Assembly (NCBI RefSeq): GCF_004010195.1
Contig: NC_057719.1
Location: 62,196,796 to 62,260,795 of the forward strand
Length of the DNA: 64,000 nucleotides
Reading direction: 5' to 3'
From: Chiloscyllium plagiosum
Taxonomy: Eukaryota
The notes under the pieces were generated by a model. The model was not told where the DNA came from, searched no databases, and saw only the letters and a program-made list of their open reading frames with translations. The stretch's first letter is position 1. Every line of letters starts with the position of its first letter. This document shows, in pieces, positions 13,270 through 26,071 of the stretch. Made by a program: the position numbers and the translations under genes.

Positions 13270-13752
13270 GGCAAAAGTTAGGATTGCAGATGCTGGATAT
13301 CAGAGTATAGATTAGAGTGGTGCTGGAAAAGCACAGCAGGTCAGGCAGCATCCGAGGAGCAGGAAAATTGACGTTTTGGGCAAAAAGCCCTTCATCGGGA
13401 ATGAAGGCAGGGAGCCTCCAGGATGGAGAGATGAGGGTGAACCCTAGGGCATCAATGTGGACTTCACCAGTTTCCTCATTTCCCCTCCTCCCACCTTACC
13501 CCAGTTCCAGCCTTCCAGCTCAGCACCATCCTCATGACCTGTCCTACCTGCCAGTCTTCCTTCCTGCCTATCTGCTACACCCTCCTCTCTGACCTATCAC
13601 CTTCATCCCCACCCCTATTCACCTATTGTACTCTTAGCCACCTTCTCCCCAGCCCCACCCCCCTCCCATTTATCTCTCCACCCTGGAGGCTCCTTGTCTT
13701 CATCCCTGATGAAGGGTTTTTGCCTGAAACATCGATTTTCCTGCTCCCTAGG
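13270..13752. mobile_element. Asymmetric inverted PLE family A insertion (short minus arm plus longer plus arm reaching the GIY-YIG end)
   Basis: Minus arm 13270-~13432 and plus arm ~13433-13752 (P*GINVDFTSFLI); TSD ATATTTGCTG at 13260-13269 and 13753-13762. Confidence 0.85.
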
Positions 13753-13854
13753 ATATTTGCTGCCCCTTGGTTACTACATGCAGTTTAAATCTGCTCACAG
13801 ATTTCCTTCCCTTGCTGTGCTGGGAACCTATTCAAATGTCAAGTATAAACCTCT

Positions 13855-14033
13855 TGGAGTCAAGAGTTTGGTGCTGGAAAGACACAGCAGGTCAGGTAGC
13901 ATCTGAGGAGCAGGAGCATAAGCCTATACCCGAAACATTGATTCTCCTGCTCCCCGGATGCTGCCTGACCTGCGTCTTTCCAGCACCACATTCTCAATTC
14001 TGATCTCCAGCATCTACAGTCCTCACTTCCTCC
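13855..14033. mobile_element. Palindromic PLE family A insertion
   Basis: Inverted arms; TSD TATAAACCTCT at 13844-13854 and 14034-14044. Confidence 0.85.
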
Positions 14034-15730
14034 TATAAACCTCTGGAAGCTATTAGTGAGAAGTGTGCTGTTAAAAATAAAAATCCAGGTTTTCCCATTT
14101 TTTTTCCCTAATGATCTCTACACAGCTCTGCATGAAGACGTGTGAAAACCCAGGCTTTTCTAGTCTTTGGGTTCTGATGCCAGGGATCGATCTCTTATCT
14201 GGTTTTCCCCCCGACCCTTGCGTAACTACCCTGTATTTGGTTGACCTGAAATGGGCACCATGCCTGGCTGGAGCGCTGCCCCCTTGCCCTCTTTTTTTTA
14301 TACCCGAATTACTTTGTTAACCATATGTATACGTATAACACCGTACATGTAATAAAACAAGATGCTTCACAGATTCTATCTAAAATATAGGACACCCCGC
14401 CACATGAGATGCTGAGACAAGTAGCCAAAAGCCTTGTCAAAGGTGGCTTTAAAGAAGCAATGTGAATGACCAAGTTTGAGAGTGGATGGAGTGTTTGGGC
14501 GCCTTCTATGTTCGAATAGAAAAATCTGGAGGTAACGTAAGGACAGGCTCAGGTGATGTTGTGGAGGAGAAATTCAGAGTGGCACAGGTATGTGGTCAGA
14601 AACTCACATTGGTAAGATGCATGCTACAGAGTTCCCTGGGCGAACGCGATGGTGCTGGTGGCTTGCAAATGCAGTTTAGGATGGTGACTGTTGGCTTCTG
14701 TCTTGCTAATATTTAAAAAGAGGAAACTTCTGCTTCACTGCTGACAGTTAAGCAAAATGCAGCAATCAAGGGACGAGGCTAGGCGGTTGTACGTATGGAA
14801 GCATGTTCTTAGAAAATGTGGCAAAGGTGCCGTGCAGGTAAGAAATTGGAGCTGGCCAAGGGAAGGGGTTACCCAGACCTCTGAGACCAGCTGTGCTTTT
14901 GAGGCGCTCTGTGTTGCTGCTTTGAAGATGAGCCCCTGCATTGCTGGTGGATATTGGGGATATGAGGAGAGCTGGATGGGGTGGGGAAGAGAAGCCATTG
15001 TAAGTGATTCCCTGACTGTGATTAGATAGTTAAGAGTGGAACCTGGAGAGTGCAGACACTATGCTGAATGATCTTGGAGAATCTTTGGAGAAGGTTAAAT
15101 GTGGTTAATTATGTTAAAGGCTACAGACCTAAACACAAAACTTACCTTTGTCACAATCACCTAGCATTCATTTGTCACTTTGATCAGAGCAGTTCTGGAT
15201 CTGTGCAGCAATAGAAATTTGATATGACTGATTCGATCATGGAGTCCCAGGAAACCCATCTCCTCACTTCACTAACGTTCCACATCACTGGTGCTATTAT
15301 TATTAAGGCCATAGGAAATTATGTAATAGTTGTCAGGACAGATGTAAGTATTTTTCCTGAAAATAAGGTCATCCTGCTGAGGTTTATAAACTCATTAGGC
15401 TCATGGGAGCCAATCGTTCACTCTTCCTTTCCCCATGGTAACCAATCAGTGTCATGTTGCTGACCTTTGCTCCTGTGGTATAACTTGGTTGTGAGGTTTG
15501 AAATTTGGCACTCTTGTCTGTTGTCCTGATGAGTTCAAGACATGTTGCTGAAGCGGTCTCTCTTTTTAGCAATATTTGACACATGATCAATGTATAAATG
15601 TTTTCATAGTAAAGGCAATTGTCAGTGCATTACTGTGGTAATGCAGAGCTGAATGTCCCAGGTACATATCCTGGACTGCCCACACCCATGGTTATATGGA
15701 GCATTTCTGCTGCTGTCCCACCAAGTCATA

Positions 15731-15830
15731 AGTTCTGAAGGAAGCTCACCCAACCTGAAATGTTAACTTTGATTTCTCTCCACAGATGCTGCCAGACTGC
15801 TAAGCTTTTCCAGCAGTTTATATTATTGTA
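15731..15830 (+). mobile_element. PLE family C short 3' fragment
   Basis: TTCTGAAGGAAG...CCTGAAATGTTAAC...TCTCTCCACAGATGCTGCCAGAC; matches 16911-17005 and 19619-19708. Confidence 0.65.
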
Positions 15831-16479
15831 CCACCTTCTGATGTTTCCGCACAGACTGGGATTTATCTAAGCAACTTTCTAGATTGTGTACTCAATCCCA
15901 CATTAAGTGTCTTCCATGACTTGACTCATCCAATGTATTTTTTTTGACAATATGAATATCTTTTCTTTTTCCTTGGCCCAAGAAGTGAATTTAATGAGCC
16001 AGCTGTTCCCTGTGGACAGCTATACAAATGTTTCAGTAAATGAATAATGCATCAAATGAGGAAAACCAAATCAGAGTAATAGTAATTAGTTCTTGGCACT
16101 TTGCTCGAACCATTTCCGACAATAAATAACTTTTGCAAGGAAGTGTGCTTGCTGAGTTGGGAAAGATCTGACTGTCTTACAAACCAGACCAACTGCAAAG
16201 AGCCAGGAAGCTGTGTATTCAGTTCTATCTGTGAGATAATATTAAATTATGAAAGATGTGCTGACTTTATGGAGTGAGGAGAAAACTATAAGCACTTGGT
16301 TACTAATACAAATCAAATGCGGTTTCTGAATAGTGGACTGATCATTTAATAGAGATGAGGAGGATCAAATTCTGAGGGTCCTGAACCTCTGGAATTTTGT
16401 ATCCCAGAGAACTGTGAATGTTGAGTGTTTTAACATATTCTAAGTTGAAATGGACAGTTTAGTTTCCAGTTGTCTTCTA

Positions 16480-17010
16480 CTTTAACACACCACCCTGTTC
16501 CCTGACCAACACCCCTGCCTCAGGCTTACGACAGTGTTCCAGTGAAGCTTAACACAAGCTGCAAGATCAACACCCCATTTCCCATTTGGGGACCCTGCAA
16601 TCTCTGGACTTCCTATTGAGTTTAATAATTTTAAGGCCTGGACTCCCCCCGTCCCTAGCCCCCTACCCCACATACCAGGCCTTGTTGTCAGACTGTGTGC
16701 CATTATACACAACCCATTGTTAGTCACTAACAGTCTCCATTTACAGCTGTGCACCCACCCAGCCAGATCATTATCCACTCCTTTGTGTGTCCACATGTTC
16801 TTTTCTCTCTTTTGGGCTCTATCCTTACTATTGCTTACTCTCCCCCACCCCCACCATACACGCACACGCTTTTTCTGCATATAAACTGACATCTTCCGTG
16901 CCACCATCAATTCTGAGGAAGGCTCACGGGACCCAACATGATGACATTGATTTCTCTTCACAGAAGCTGCCAGACCTACTGAGTTTTTCCAGCGACTTCT
17001 GCTTTTGCTT
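16480..17010 (+). mobile_element. PLE family C 3' fragment: decayed GIY-YIG C-terminus plus pLTR
   Basis: Reads QCSSEA*HKLQDQHPISHLGTLQSLDF.. and, after a frameshift, IEFNNFKA; degenerate CTGAGGA motif near 16913. Confidence 0.7.
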
Positions 17011-17012
17011 AG

Positions 17013-17037
17013 ATATATATATATATATATATATATA
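17013..17037. repeat. (AT)n microsatellite
   Basis: Direct read. Confidence 0.95.
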
Positions 17038-17075
17038 GTGTCAGACCGATCCACCTGTTGCATTTTGACATAGAT

Positions 17076-17164
17076 CTTTCATGATGTAGCTGTTATTACA
17101 TTGTGGAAATCAAATACCTTTCGTGATGTAGCTATCATTGCATTGTGGAAATCAAGTATCTTTC
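17076..17164. repeat. Diverged tandem duplication, 42-bp unit
   Basis: CTTTC at 17076, 17118 and 17160; the units differ by transitions. Confidence 0.9.
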
Positions 17165-17813
17165 CTAGCAAACTTGGCTCACTATCACATTATCTACAGA
17201 AGACAGGATGAAGAATGGAGTGACAGAAACTATCCTGTAACAGTGAAGTTTGGTCACAAACTGCACTCCAGTACTTGAGGAGAAGTCAGACAAAATAAGT
17301 ACAATAAAACAAGCTCTTCTGGAAACTCTGGCAACAATATCTTTGAGCAGAATAGTTGTCAGTATGTTTTTAATACATGAAACTGTAATACTCCAACTAG
17401 GTGTAATTGTAAAATTTCCACCAGTTGTTTCTCCAGTGCCTTTGCAGAAAATGAGGTAATAAATGGGTAATCATTTTGGAATGAGCTAACTGTGGATTAG
17501 TTACACTGGCAATGGTGCCTGTCTTCAAAGTGTGACTGGGGTATCTGGTTTGATTTACAGTTGTGAATTGCAGCCAATAAATTATCAGTTGCTTGCAGAG
17601 TCAAATGCATTATTCTTGCTCACATTGTGCACATGGACTTTAATGACCTGTGTCATGCAAAGGCCACAGCTCCCTGAACAGACCCTGGCTTGGGTCATTG
17701 CATAACACAACTGCAGCCTGAAAGCAGCTGGTGGGAATGTGAATGTTCAGTTCCGCTCCACTGTAGGGGAAAGGAAACCCAAACAGAACATTGTAGGCGC
17801 TTAGTTGGACTCT

Positions 17814-18008
17814 AGGAGAAAGTGAGGACTGCAGATGCTGGAGATCAGAGCTGAAAACGTGTTGCTGGAAAAGCGCAGCAGGTCAGGCAGCATCCAAAGA
17901 GCAGGAGAATCGCGTTTCGGGCATGAACCCTGAAGAAGAGCTCATTCCCGAAACGTCGATTCTCCTCCTTGGATGCTGCCTGACCTGCTGCGCTTTTCCA
18001 GCAACACA
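17814..18008. mobile_element. Palindromic PLE family A insertion
   Basis: Inverted arms; perfect 14-bp TSD CTTAGTTGGACTCT at 17800-17813 and 18009-18022. Confidence 0.92.
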
Positions 18009-18461
18009 CTTAGTTGGACTCTCAAAACCTGGTTCAGTTGAGAGAAGACCATCTACAGTAAGAATGTGTCATAAGCCTGCTTCTTGGTCCTAGGACTGTA
18101 GTGTCACTATAACTGTGGGAAAATGTCTGAACTTGAACCACACTGACATTTTTTTTGTAATTGAGTAAGCTGCCAGTGCTTTAGAATCCTTTGGAAGATG
18201 CTGTAGGATGCACCAACGCTGTCACAAAGGACATTGCAACTCTTGGTAAATCTACCTAAAAGCTTGATTAAGTCTTTGCATCTCTGTTTATAGAATGGCC
18301 ACGATAAGGTAGGTGACTCCCAAAGCTCTCACTGCCATTTTGATTTTTTTTTGGAAATCAAAAGAAAAATTCTTGGTTGGTTCAGCTAACATTTGTGGAG
18401 ATATCCAGGTTAAAATTTCAGGTTGAGAGGATATTTAGTCAGAACTGATGAACAGTTAACA

Positions 18462-18562
18462 GTTCTGATGAAAGGTTATCTTGACCTGAAAAGTGAATGC
18501 TCTGCACAGATGCTGCCTGATCTCTTGAATATTTCTAGGGTTCTTTGCTTCAATTTCCAGCA
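18462..18562 (+). mobile_element. PLE family C short 3' fragment
   Basis: CTGATGA-A-AGGTTA-TCT-TGACCT-GAAA followed by CACAGATGCTGCCTGA. Confidence 0.65.
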
Positions 18563-19439
18563 TAGTAACATGTGCTCATGTAGAAAACATGGCAGCCAAT
18601 TTGATTTGACTTTTTATTGTCATATATATATAGTGAACAGTTTGTTTTGTGAGCAGGAGAGGCAGATCATAACCTATAAGGACACAAAGATCATAGGTCA
18701 TTTAGACAAAGCAAAGCATAAGAGGTTATGGCCACACAAGAGGTGCACGTAAGCAAGGTCAACGTTAGATCAATGTTTGCATGTTAAGAATCCTGCAAAC
18801 TGCACCGGATGATAATCAGACAATCTGTTGTTTCTCTAGTGGTGAAAAAGGAAGATGCATTCAGAGCACCAATGTTTAAACTGCATTAATATCAACATGA
18901 ATGGGTTCAAAATTCAGCTAACTTTCAGCCAGAACCAATTGTTGGCTGGCCATAAATGATATTAGTCCTTGAGTGCCATCAGGTGTACTTTGCCTCCAAC
19001 AGGGAGGAGCCACTTCTTGAGGCTTTTGCTTTGTTGTGCTGGAAGGCGTTATTGTCGCCTTGTTCATATTAACAGTGTTGCTAGACAGTTGGAATAATAC
19101 TGCAATATAAATGCAGTGTAAACTTCTATCACTGAGTTCAACTTTTTATGTACTTGTTGATCTAACAAAGGTGAATCAGAGTTTGAGGCTGGTCAATAAT
19201 AAAGCCCCTTTCTACTTGTTGCTGATTTGGAGACTAAACATTGTGCCTTATAACTGCCCTGGATTAATCCGGAAGGTTGTTTTGTTGCTTATGATAGCTA
19301 GCTTTGAATTTTCTCGAAGCACATTGAAGCATATATCTCTCTCTCCCGAATGCATTCTATCCTGAACTCGCAACTCTTGTTTTCAACAGAGATAATGTTT
19401 GTCTGAAAAATGTCTTTGTAAGTGGCAGAAAGTATTGAA

Positions 19440-20220
19440 TAAGAAGTAAGCAAACCACATGGGATCTTGGCCATCATAAATTTAAGTGCTGAGGAAAAAC
19501 AGGAAAGTAGTTTTATTTACCTTCTTACAAAGATTCATTTGGGAGAATCCCACCCAGTCCTGGTCACTGCACTTTAGGAAGAATGTCAGGGTCCTGAAGA
19601 AGATGCTGAGGAGATTTTGACAAAGGGTCAGTTAGACTCGAAACGTCAGCTCTTTCCTCTCCTTACAGATGCTGCCAGATCTGCTGAGATTTTCCAGCAT
19701 TTCCTCTCCTGAGGAGATTTTACCAGGTTGATCCCGGGGTGGTGACCTTCAGCAGCAAGGTTAGATTGGAGCAAAGGAGATTGAGGGAAGATTTTATTGA
19801 GGTGTACAAGGCTATAAAGGACTCAAATAAAGAAAATCGGTTCCGTTACTGGTGACAGAAGGCCGAGGAGACACAAATTTAAGGTATTGGGCAAGAACTG
19901 AATTCACTGCTTCCCAGCTTGGTGGAAGGCAAGACCAATGTTCCCTCTAATTTGTTGCTGCTCCGTGGACTGCCAAGGTCCATGTGCGGGAGAATCAACA
20001 CAACAGTTATCGTGCTTTGCATCTTCCCAGTGACCACACAGATGTGCAGATCAGTGGAACTGTTTGGGGAAACTGATTTCAAAGGAAGTTTTGGTGGGCC
20101 TTGAGGGAAATGAACTTGCAGGGCTGTAGGCAGAGACCAACAGAATGAGACTGACTGTCCGAGGATTACTGTCCTAGGAGTTCACCTGAACTGATGGGCT
20201 GAATGGCTTCCATCTTGGAT
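19440..20220 (+). mobile_element. Old CR1 LINE 3' fragment, host of the 19619-19708 insertion
   Basis: Degenerate WS.HFRK.V..LE.V.RRFTR and RRLR.DLIEVYK; tail GATGGGCTGAATGGCTTCC. Confidence 0.6.
19619..19708 (+). mobile_element. Minimal 90-bp PLE family C insertion
   Basis: Perfect 13-bp TSD CTGAGGAGATTTT at 19606-19618 and 19709-19721; GGGTC-AGTTA-GACTC-GAAACGTC. Confidence 0.85.
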
Positions 20221-21296
20221 ATCTGTAGGAATGTGTTGTCCCTAATTGAGATGAGATTGAGCAAAGGTTTGCTCAGATGGTTTCTGTCGCCATCCCCAAT
20301 TGTCCCAGAGTGGTTAGCAACGCTATTTCAGAGGGCATTCGAGTCATGCGCTGGATTTTTAGGTGAGTCATCCACATCCTGGGTCTTTAGTTTAGAGGAA
20401 GCTGGCCTTGCCATTGCCTGATTACATTAGTATTCAGTGGGTCTTCCTGAATCTCCAGCAGGCAAGGCTTTTGACACCTTAAGATTGCCCATTAACACTG
20501 TTTCTCTCTCTCCCGTGATCTCTCCCCTTTGCTTTCCAACATTTTCTGTCTTTATTTCAGAGGTGTCCAGTAATTTGCTTTCCAATCTTGCTGATGGGTT
20601 AATGCAGTTAACCCATAAACATCAAGCAAAGTTTGTATATTAAAGACCAAAAGAAATTTATGAATTTTCAGACTGATAATCATATTTATTCTACATATGT
20701 GATTGTTTTAAGAAGCTGGTGATGGATGGTCTTTGTGTGCAATGGAACGAAGCATCTTGCACAGAGTTGAAAGCATATGGATTAAAATTGCATGAAGAGC
20801 CATTCAGTTGGATGACTGGTTTCCATACTGTCAGGGTTCTGGTTGGGTTTTATTGTGCACTCATTCACAAATGAGCCAATATAGTGCCTTCATTATCGCA
20901 CCTTGTTCTGGTGGGGCTTGAATGTGGGATGTGCCCAGTCATGTACCCGATTGTTCAAAAGTATCTGCGGCATCTATTGTGGAATCAGCTGCTACCAAGA
21001 CCATTACTAAATTCTGTAATGTTTTTGATGTGCTATTTAGTCTCAACAAATAATTAAAAGCAGAGTTTTTCACACCATATTACCAAATGCCCTGCACAAC
21101 TAATCCTCCTGATTAAGTGCTACAGTTCACACCCAGTGCCAGTTTGATTCAGTGTTGGATGGTTAATGAGGGTTCCAGCTGTTCTCCTCCTTGATGCTGA
21201 GACTAACAACAAGTATGTACTTCAATATGCAAATTCAACTTGCTTATCATTTGCGAACTAATTAGACACTACTGAGCACCAGGCTTGCAGCCCTGC

Positions 21297-21647
21297 CATA
21301 GAATAGAGTTCCTACAGTGTGGAAACAGGCCCTTTGGCCCAAACAAGTCCACACCGACCCTCCGAAGAGTAACCCACCCAGATGCATTCCTTTACCCTAT
21401 TATCCTATATTTGCCCCTGACTCATGCATCTTACCTACACATCCCTGAACACTATGGGCAATATAGCATGTCCAGTTCACCTAACCTACACATCTTTGGA
21501 CTGTGGGAAGAAACTGGAGGAAACCCACACAGATACAGGAGGAATGTGCAAACTCCACACACACACAGTTGCCCAAGGCTGGACTTGAGCCCGGGTCCCT
21601 GGCGCTATGAGGCGGTAGTGCTAACCACTGAGTCACCATGTCACCCC
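21297..21647 (-). mobile_element. HE1-like V-SINE
   Basis: Head, V-domain and LINE-like tail as in 8858-9177. Confidence 0.9.
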
Positions 21648-21857
21648 AATTTCTTTTTCTGGGAAAGAACAGAATAAAATTGCCAGCTTTAAGATGCCAG
21701 GTAAGAATACATTTCTTGCCAACTTGCAGCCTTTTGTTGTACTAAAGTTGCACTGTTCATTAGGAAATTGCACCTTGTTATGCCAGCCTTGCTTGACTGT
21801 ATCCCTGATGGCCTCCCACCACGACAGTGCTGAGATTTGCTGAGAAGGTATGGATTC

Positions 21858-22135
21858 TTTTTATTCACTCTCAGGATGAGGAGATCGCTGGCTAGGCCAG
21901 CATTTATTGCCGAGAGAGTAAACCATGTTCTATCACATGTAGGCCAGACCAGGTAAGGATGGCAGTTTCCTTTCCTAACGGACCTTCGTGAACCAATCGT
22001 CATTAAATCCAGATATTTATTGAATTCCAGTTCCATGGTCTGCCAGGTGGGATTCAAACTTCGGCGCCCAGACAATCACCTGGGTGCCTGGGTTAACAGT
22101 CCAACGATACCATTAGGCTGTTGCCTCCCCTGATG
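21858..22135 (-). mobile_element. SacSINE1/Deu-like SINE with internal deletions
   Basis: TCACATGTAGGCCAGACCAGGTAAGGATGGCAG is the reverse complement of the core at ~9280-9315. Confidence 0.65.
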
Positions 22136-22633
22136 ATTTGTGATTGCCAAGGTCTCCTCAGCAGCACCTCCCACACCTGGGACCTCCACCTTGTACCTGG
22201 AGGGCAAGGGTAGAGACGAGTCGGAATGCCAGCATCTCCAGACTTTACACCACCCTGACCGTTCCCATTTCCTTCATCGTTGTTGGATGAACACTCCTTA
22301 GTGGGCAGGATTGTGGGAATGCATTTGGTTCGTTGGCTGCTGCAAGCCAATAAGCTACCCTGCAACCTTTTGAAGGACAGCTAGAACAATATGTCTATTT
22401 TCCTTGTTGTAAACATGTACTGCTGCAGGGGCAGTTGAGCTGAACACTTGGAAGCAATTGGGCTGTCCATATGATGAGGCTAATTTTTACTTGCTGCTCA
22501 AATCACAGTTTATTGAAATTAAGCTGCTGTGCAGGGTAAATGCTGAGAGGCCCCTTCCTTTTGTTGTAGAGTCTATAACTAGTGGACTATGTTTAAAAAT
22601 TGAGAGCTTCCGTTTGAGATGGGGAGACTTTAG

Positions 22634-22768
22634 ATCCCATTCCTGAAAAAGGGCTCATGCCCGAAACGTCGATTCTCCTGCACCTTGGATGCTGCCTGAC
22701 CTGCTGCGCTTTTCCAGCAACACATTTTCAGCTCTGATCTCTAGCATCTGCAGTCCTCACTTACTCCT
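22634..22768 (+). mobile_element. Single-arm PLE family A insertion starting just upstream of the hammerhead-like core
   Basis: CATTC-CTGAAAA-A-GGGC-TCAT-GCCC-GAAACGTC plus the complete tail; possible TSD AGA(C/A)TTTAG at 22625-22633 and 22769-22777. Confidence 0.85.
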
Positions 22769-23140
22769 AGAATTTAGTGGGGCCTGGATCATTGAATGTA
22801 TTCAGGTCTGAGTAAGATTTTTGATTGACGGAGGAATTTCTGAAATGATTGGAGGAAGTGGCAGATGAGAAAGTGGAGTTGGGCAGCTGTCAGATGAGCT
22901 ATCAGTTTATCAAATGTTGAAACAAGCTTGGGGGGCTGAATGGCCTCCTAATTTTGTGTGATTTTGATGAACTGACTGTTATTTGTGATCGTAAGTAGAT
23001 TCAGGGCAGGCTTGATGCAGAAGTGTAGTTTTTGTGTTCCAGGGATTTAAACTGGGGTTGGCAGGTCATCAAATTACTGCCGAACCACTGATTAGATGTA
23101 GCCAAATGCTACTTTCGCTGTCCTGCTTTGACCGACAGTT

Positions 23141-23186
23141 TTTTGTGCCAAATTCACGTATTTGCATATTTGAATTTGGCACAAAA
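23141..23186. repeat. Perfect 16-bp inverted repeat with a 14-nt loop
   Basis: TTTTGTGCCAAATTCA (23141-23156) and TGAATTTGGCACAAAA (23171-23186); the loop contains ATTTGCAT. Confidence 0.95.
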
Positions 23187-24187
23187 GCAGCAGCAATAGT
23201 GGGAGGTTAATGGCAGCGAACTCGGAATTGCATATCTTGGTATAATTTGGAAGGTGTAATAAAGTGGAAATGTGTACTCAATGACGAACAAACTGCTGCA
23301 GAAACTGAAATGCAATTTGCAATTTTATGTGTGGGTGTTTAAAGTCATAAAGCAGGGTTAGCTGTTATAGGTATTATCAATAGGGCTATAGTTCAAATGT
23401 TTTTGAGTGAAAACCTTTGGTTAGGTCATAATTGGAGTGGTGTGTGCTGTCGCAGGGTAGTCCATAAAATAAAGCTGATACTAAAGTCATGGAGAGCAGA
23501 ATGCACAATGTAAGAACATCAAGAAATGAGAGATTTGAATGTAAGTTTTTGAGTATGAAGAAAATAATCAGTCCCAATTTTGAACGTACACATCCGTAGC
23601 TACTTGGGGTGGACATCTCCAAAGATTGACAAACCTTCTGAATGCAAAAGAAACTTTGTGATTTTAATACAAAACAGAGAGGCTCTTGATCTTTAGCCTT
23701 TGGGTGGAGTTGTCCCAGCGCCTCAATGACATGTGTCACAGTGCGAGAGCTGGAAAATGACTGGAGATGGCTAGCAGGGAGCTTTTCAAGGTGAAGAGAA
23801 AGAAATCCGATGTTGTAGGGATGAGGTATGATTCTTGCCTAATTATCGTGTGTTAGCATCCCTTTGTGAGGAGAGTTAATCTCACCATGTTATTATGCAA
23901 CTTCCCATTCTCCCACCTACCACATAGAAACTAGACCGTGACAGCTCCCAAAGTGAAAGTCAGGTATCCAGCAAATCCAGTTCGGAATCTGAGTGTGTAG
24001 AATGAGGCTATTTGTTGCTTTTTATCTGTACTAGCTTGTTAACTGAGCACCATTCCTAAGTGCCTATCTCTTGCTTCTTCCACCATACCCTTCATGTTAA
24101 TTTTATCCAAATAATCATCCTCCTGAATGCCTCAACTGAACCTACTGCCACCACATTTCCAGTCAGTGTATTCCGTAATTATTTGTT

Positions 24188-24460
24188 AATGCATTGTCTG
24201 AGCGGTGATGTCACTTTTTAAAATAAAACCTTAAGTTATCTTGAGAATGTGACTTTTAAAAAAAAAAAGTTCTGGGATTACATGTTAATGAACCAAAACC
24301 TGCAACCGATTCTAAAAGATGAAAGACTTAACAGCAATCTCGGTTGGTTCAATGTATCATTTCAATTGCGTGACCCTGTAATCTTTTACTGTAAATTCTG
24401 TCTTAGGATCCTGCTCCACAGAAGGAGCAATACTCCGAAAGCTAGTACTTCCAAATAAAC
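24188..24460 (+). mobile_element. PLE family B 3' fragment
   Basis: Aligns with 28160-28435 and 38420-38585; GAAGGAGCAATACTCCGAAAGCTAG. Confidence 0.7.
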
Positions 24461-25406
24461 GTCATCAGGCACCAATATCTTGGCGCAGCAATTGTATGCA
24501 CTCCCTGCCTGTGGACCTGGGGATCTGACACATGCCAGCCTCACCATGTCATTGTGGCACATCTCCCAGCTGCACACATTACTTCAGTGCTATGTTTTGA
24601 AGCACACTGGCACCATTCATAACAATGCTGTTGCCAGGGCGCATGTAGTGTATGGGGACAGGCACCCAGCTCATGGTCTGGACCAGGTTGAATCTCCAAA
24701 CCACTCGCTTGCATCCAGTGCCAACTTTGATTCTTACTGCATCTCAGCCTTGCCTCAGCGTGCCTTTTTGTGCTTTGCCATCTCAGCTAAAGTTTAAAGG
24801 CTCAAAGTACTGTTGTCTTGACTTGCCTTTTAGCACATACACTCATCCAAGCAGCCTCTGCCGGTTGTCACTAGTGATTACTCAAGGGGACAAATATAAA
24901 AATGCACACCTATCTGGTCACTCATTTGTTTCGGGCTGTTGGACAAGGAGGTGGGTCGAAGCCATCCCTGGGGATCTGTCCACGAGAAGTCAAGCAAAGG
25001 TTAATGGACACTACTGCTTCAGGGAGGATGCTGGGTTACTTCAGATGTGGGGATTGAGGCTGAATGCAAGGATATAGAGGAAATAACTGTTGTGAGCAAG
25101 GGCAGTGGTGATAGAGCATTGAAGGGAAAAGGATAATACAGGAGGGGGAAGGGTTCTCAACACAGTATCCTTTTAAAGATGGTGCCAGGGATCCCAACTG
25201 ATCCAGTGATGGCAAGTACTTTTTCCCATAACAAGTAAGCAAATACTACAAGAGGGTACATGGCTAATGAAGTGAATGTGGAATGGCTCCATGTGAAAAT
25301 TGGACCTCTTCTGGGGAAACTCTTCATGAATGTTAACCAAAATTGCAATTTTTGCTCATTTACCCTGTCACATTACATTTCTCCATATGCCAGCTTTCTA
25401 TGTAAG

Positions 25407-25750
25407 GTCATAGAATTCCTACAGTGTGGAAACAGGCCGTTCGGCCTAACAAGACCACACAAACCCTCTGAAGAGTAATCCAATCAAACCCATTTCTTGA
25501 GCCTATTACTCTATATTTACCCTTGACTAATGCAGCTAACCTGCACATCCCTGAACACCACGGGCAATTTAGCTTGCCCAATTCACCAAACCTGCACATC
25601 TTTGGATTGTGGGAGGAAACTTGAGCACCTGGAGAAAACCCACACAGGCATGGGGAGAATGTGCAAACTCCACACAGACAGTGGCTTGAAATGGGCATTG
25701 AACCCGTGCCCTTGGTGCTGTGAGGCAGCAGTGCTAACCACTGAGCCACC
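25407..25750 (-). mobile_element. HE1-like V-SINE
   Basis: Head, V-domain and tail. Confidence 0.9.
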
Positions 25751-26071
25751 AATTGAGCTTACAGTGGCTGGTGGATTCTCGTTGCAGAGTAAAGAGCCTG
25801 AACAAACCTGCCACATCAAGCCATGTAAGGAATTATATGTTCAACCAATCACCTCTCATTCTTCTGAGCCCCAGAGAGTATGTGCCAGTCAGACTCAAAC
25901 TTTCATTTTAAGGTACCCCTTAAATCCCTGATGTCTTGTCTAGTGAACCATTTCATTGCATCCCTTTTACTGCAGGTTTCTTTCTTCTTCGGGTAAAGAA
26001 TCGACAGTGTTGTCCAGGTGCAGTCTCAATAAATTCCTACGTAATTTGCAGCAAGATGTCTTCTAGACTTC

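Noticed and set aside
16482..17063. 193-aa minus-strand ORF
   Set aside because: Antisense to a PLE family C fragment and runs through an (AT)n microsatellite.
17814..18008. Palindromic elements as pre-miRNAs or classical TIR MITEs
   Set aside because: The arms are PLE tail sequence, the termini are asymmetric and TSD lengths vary (10-16 bp). Small-RNA production is not excluded but has no support here.
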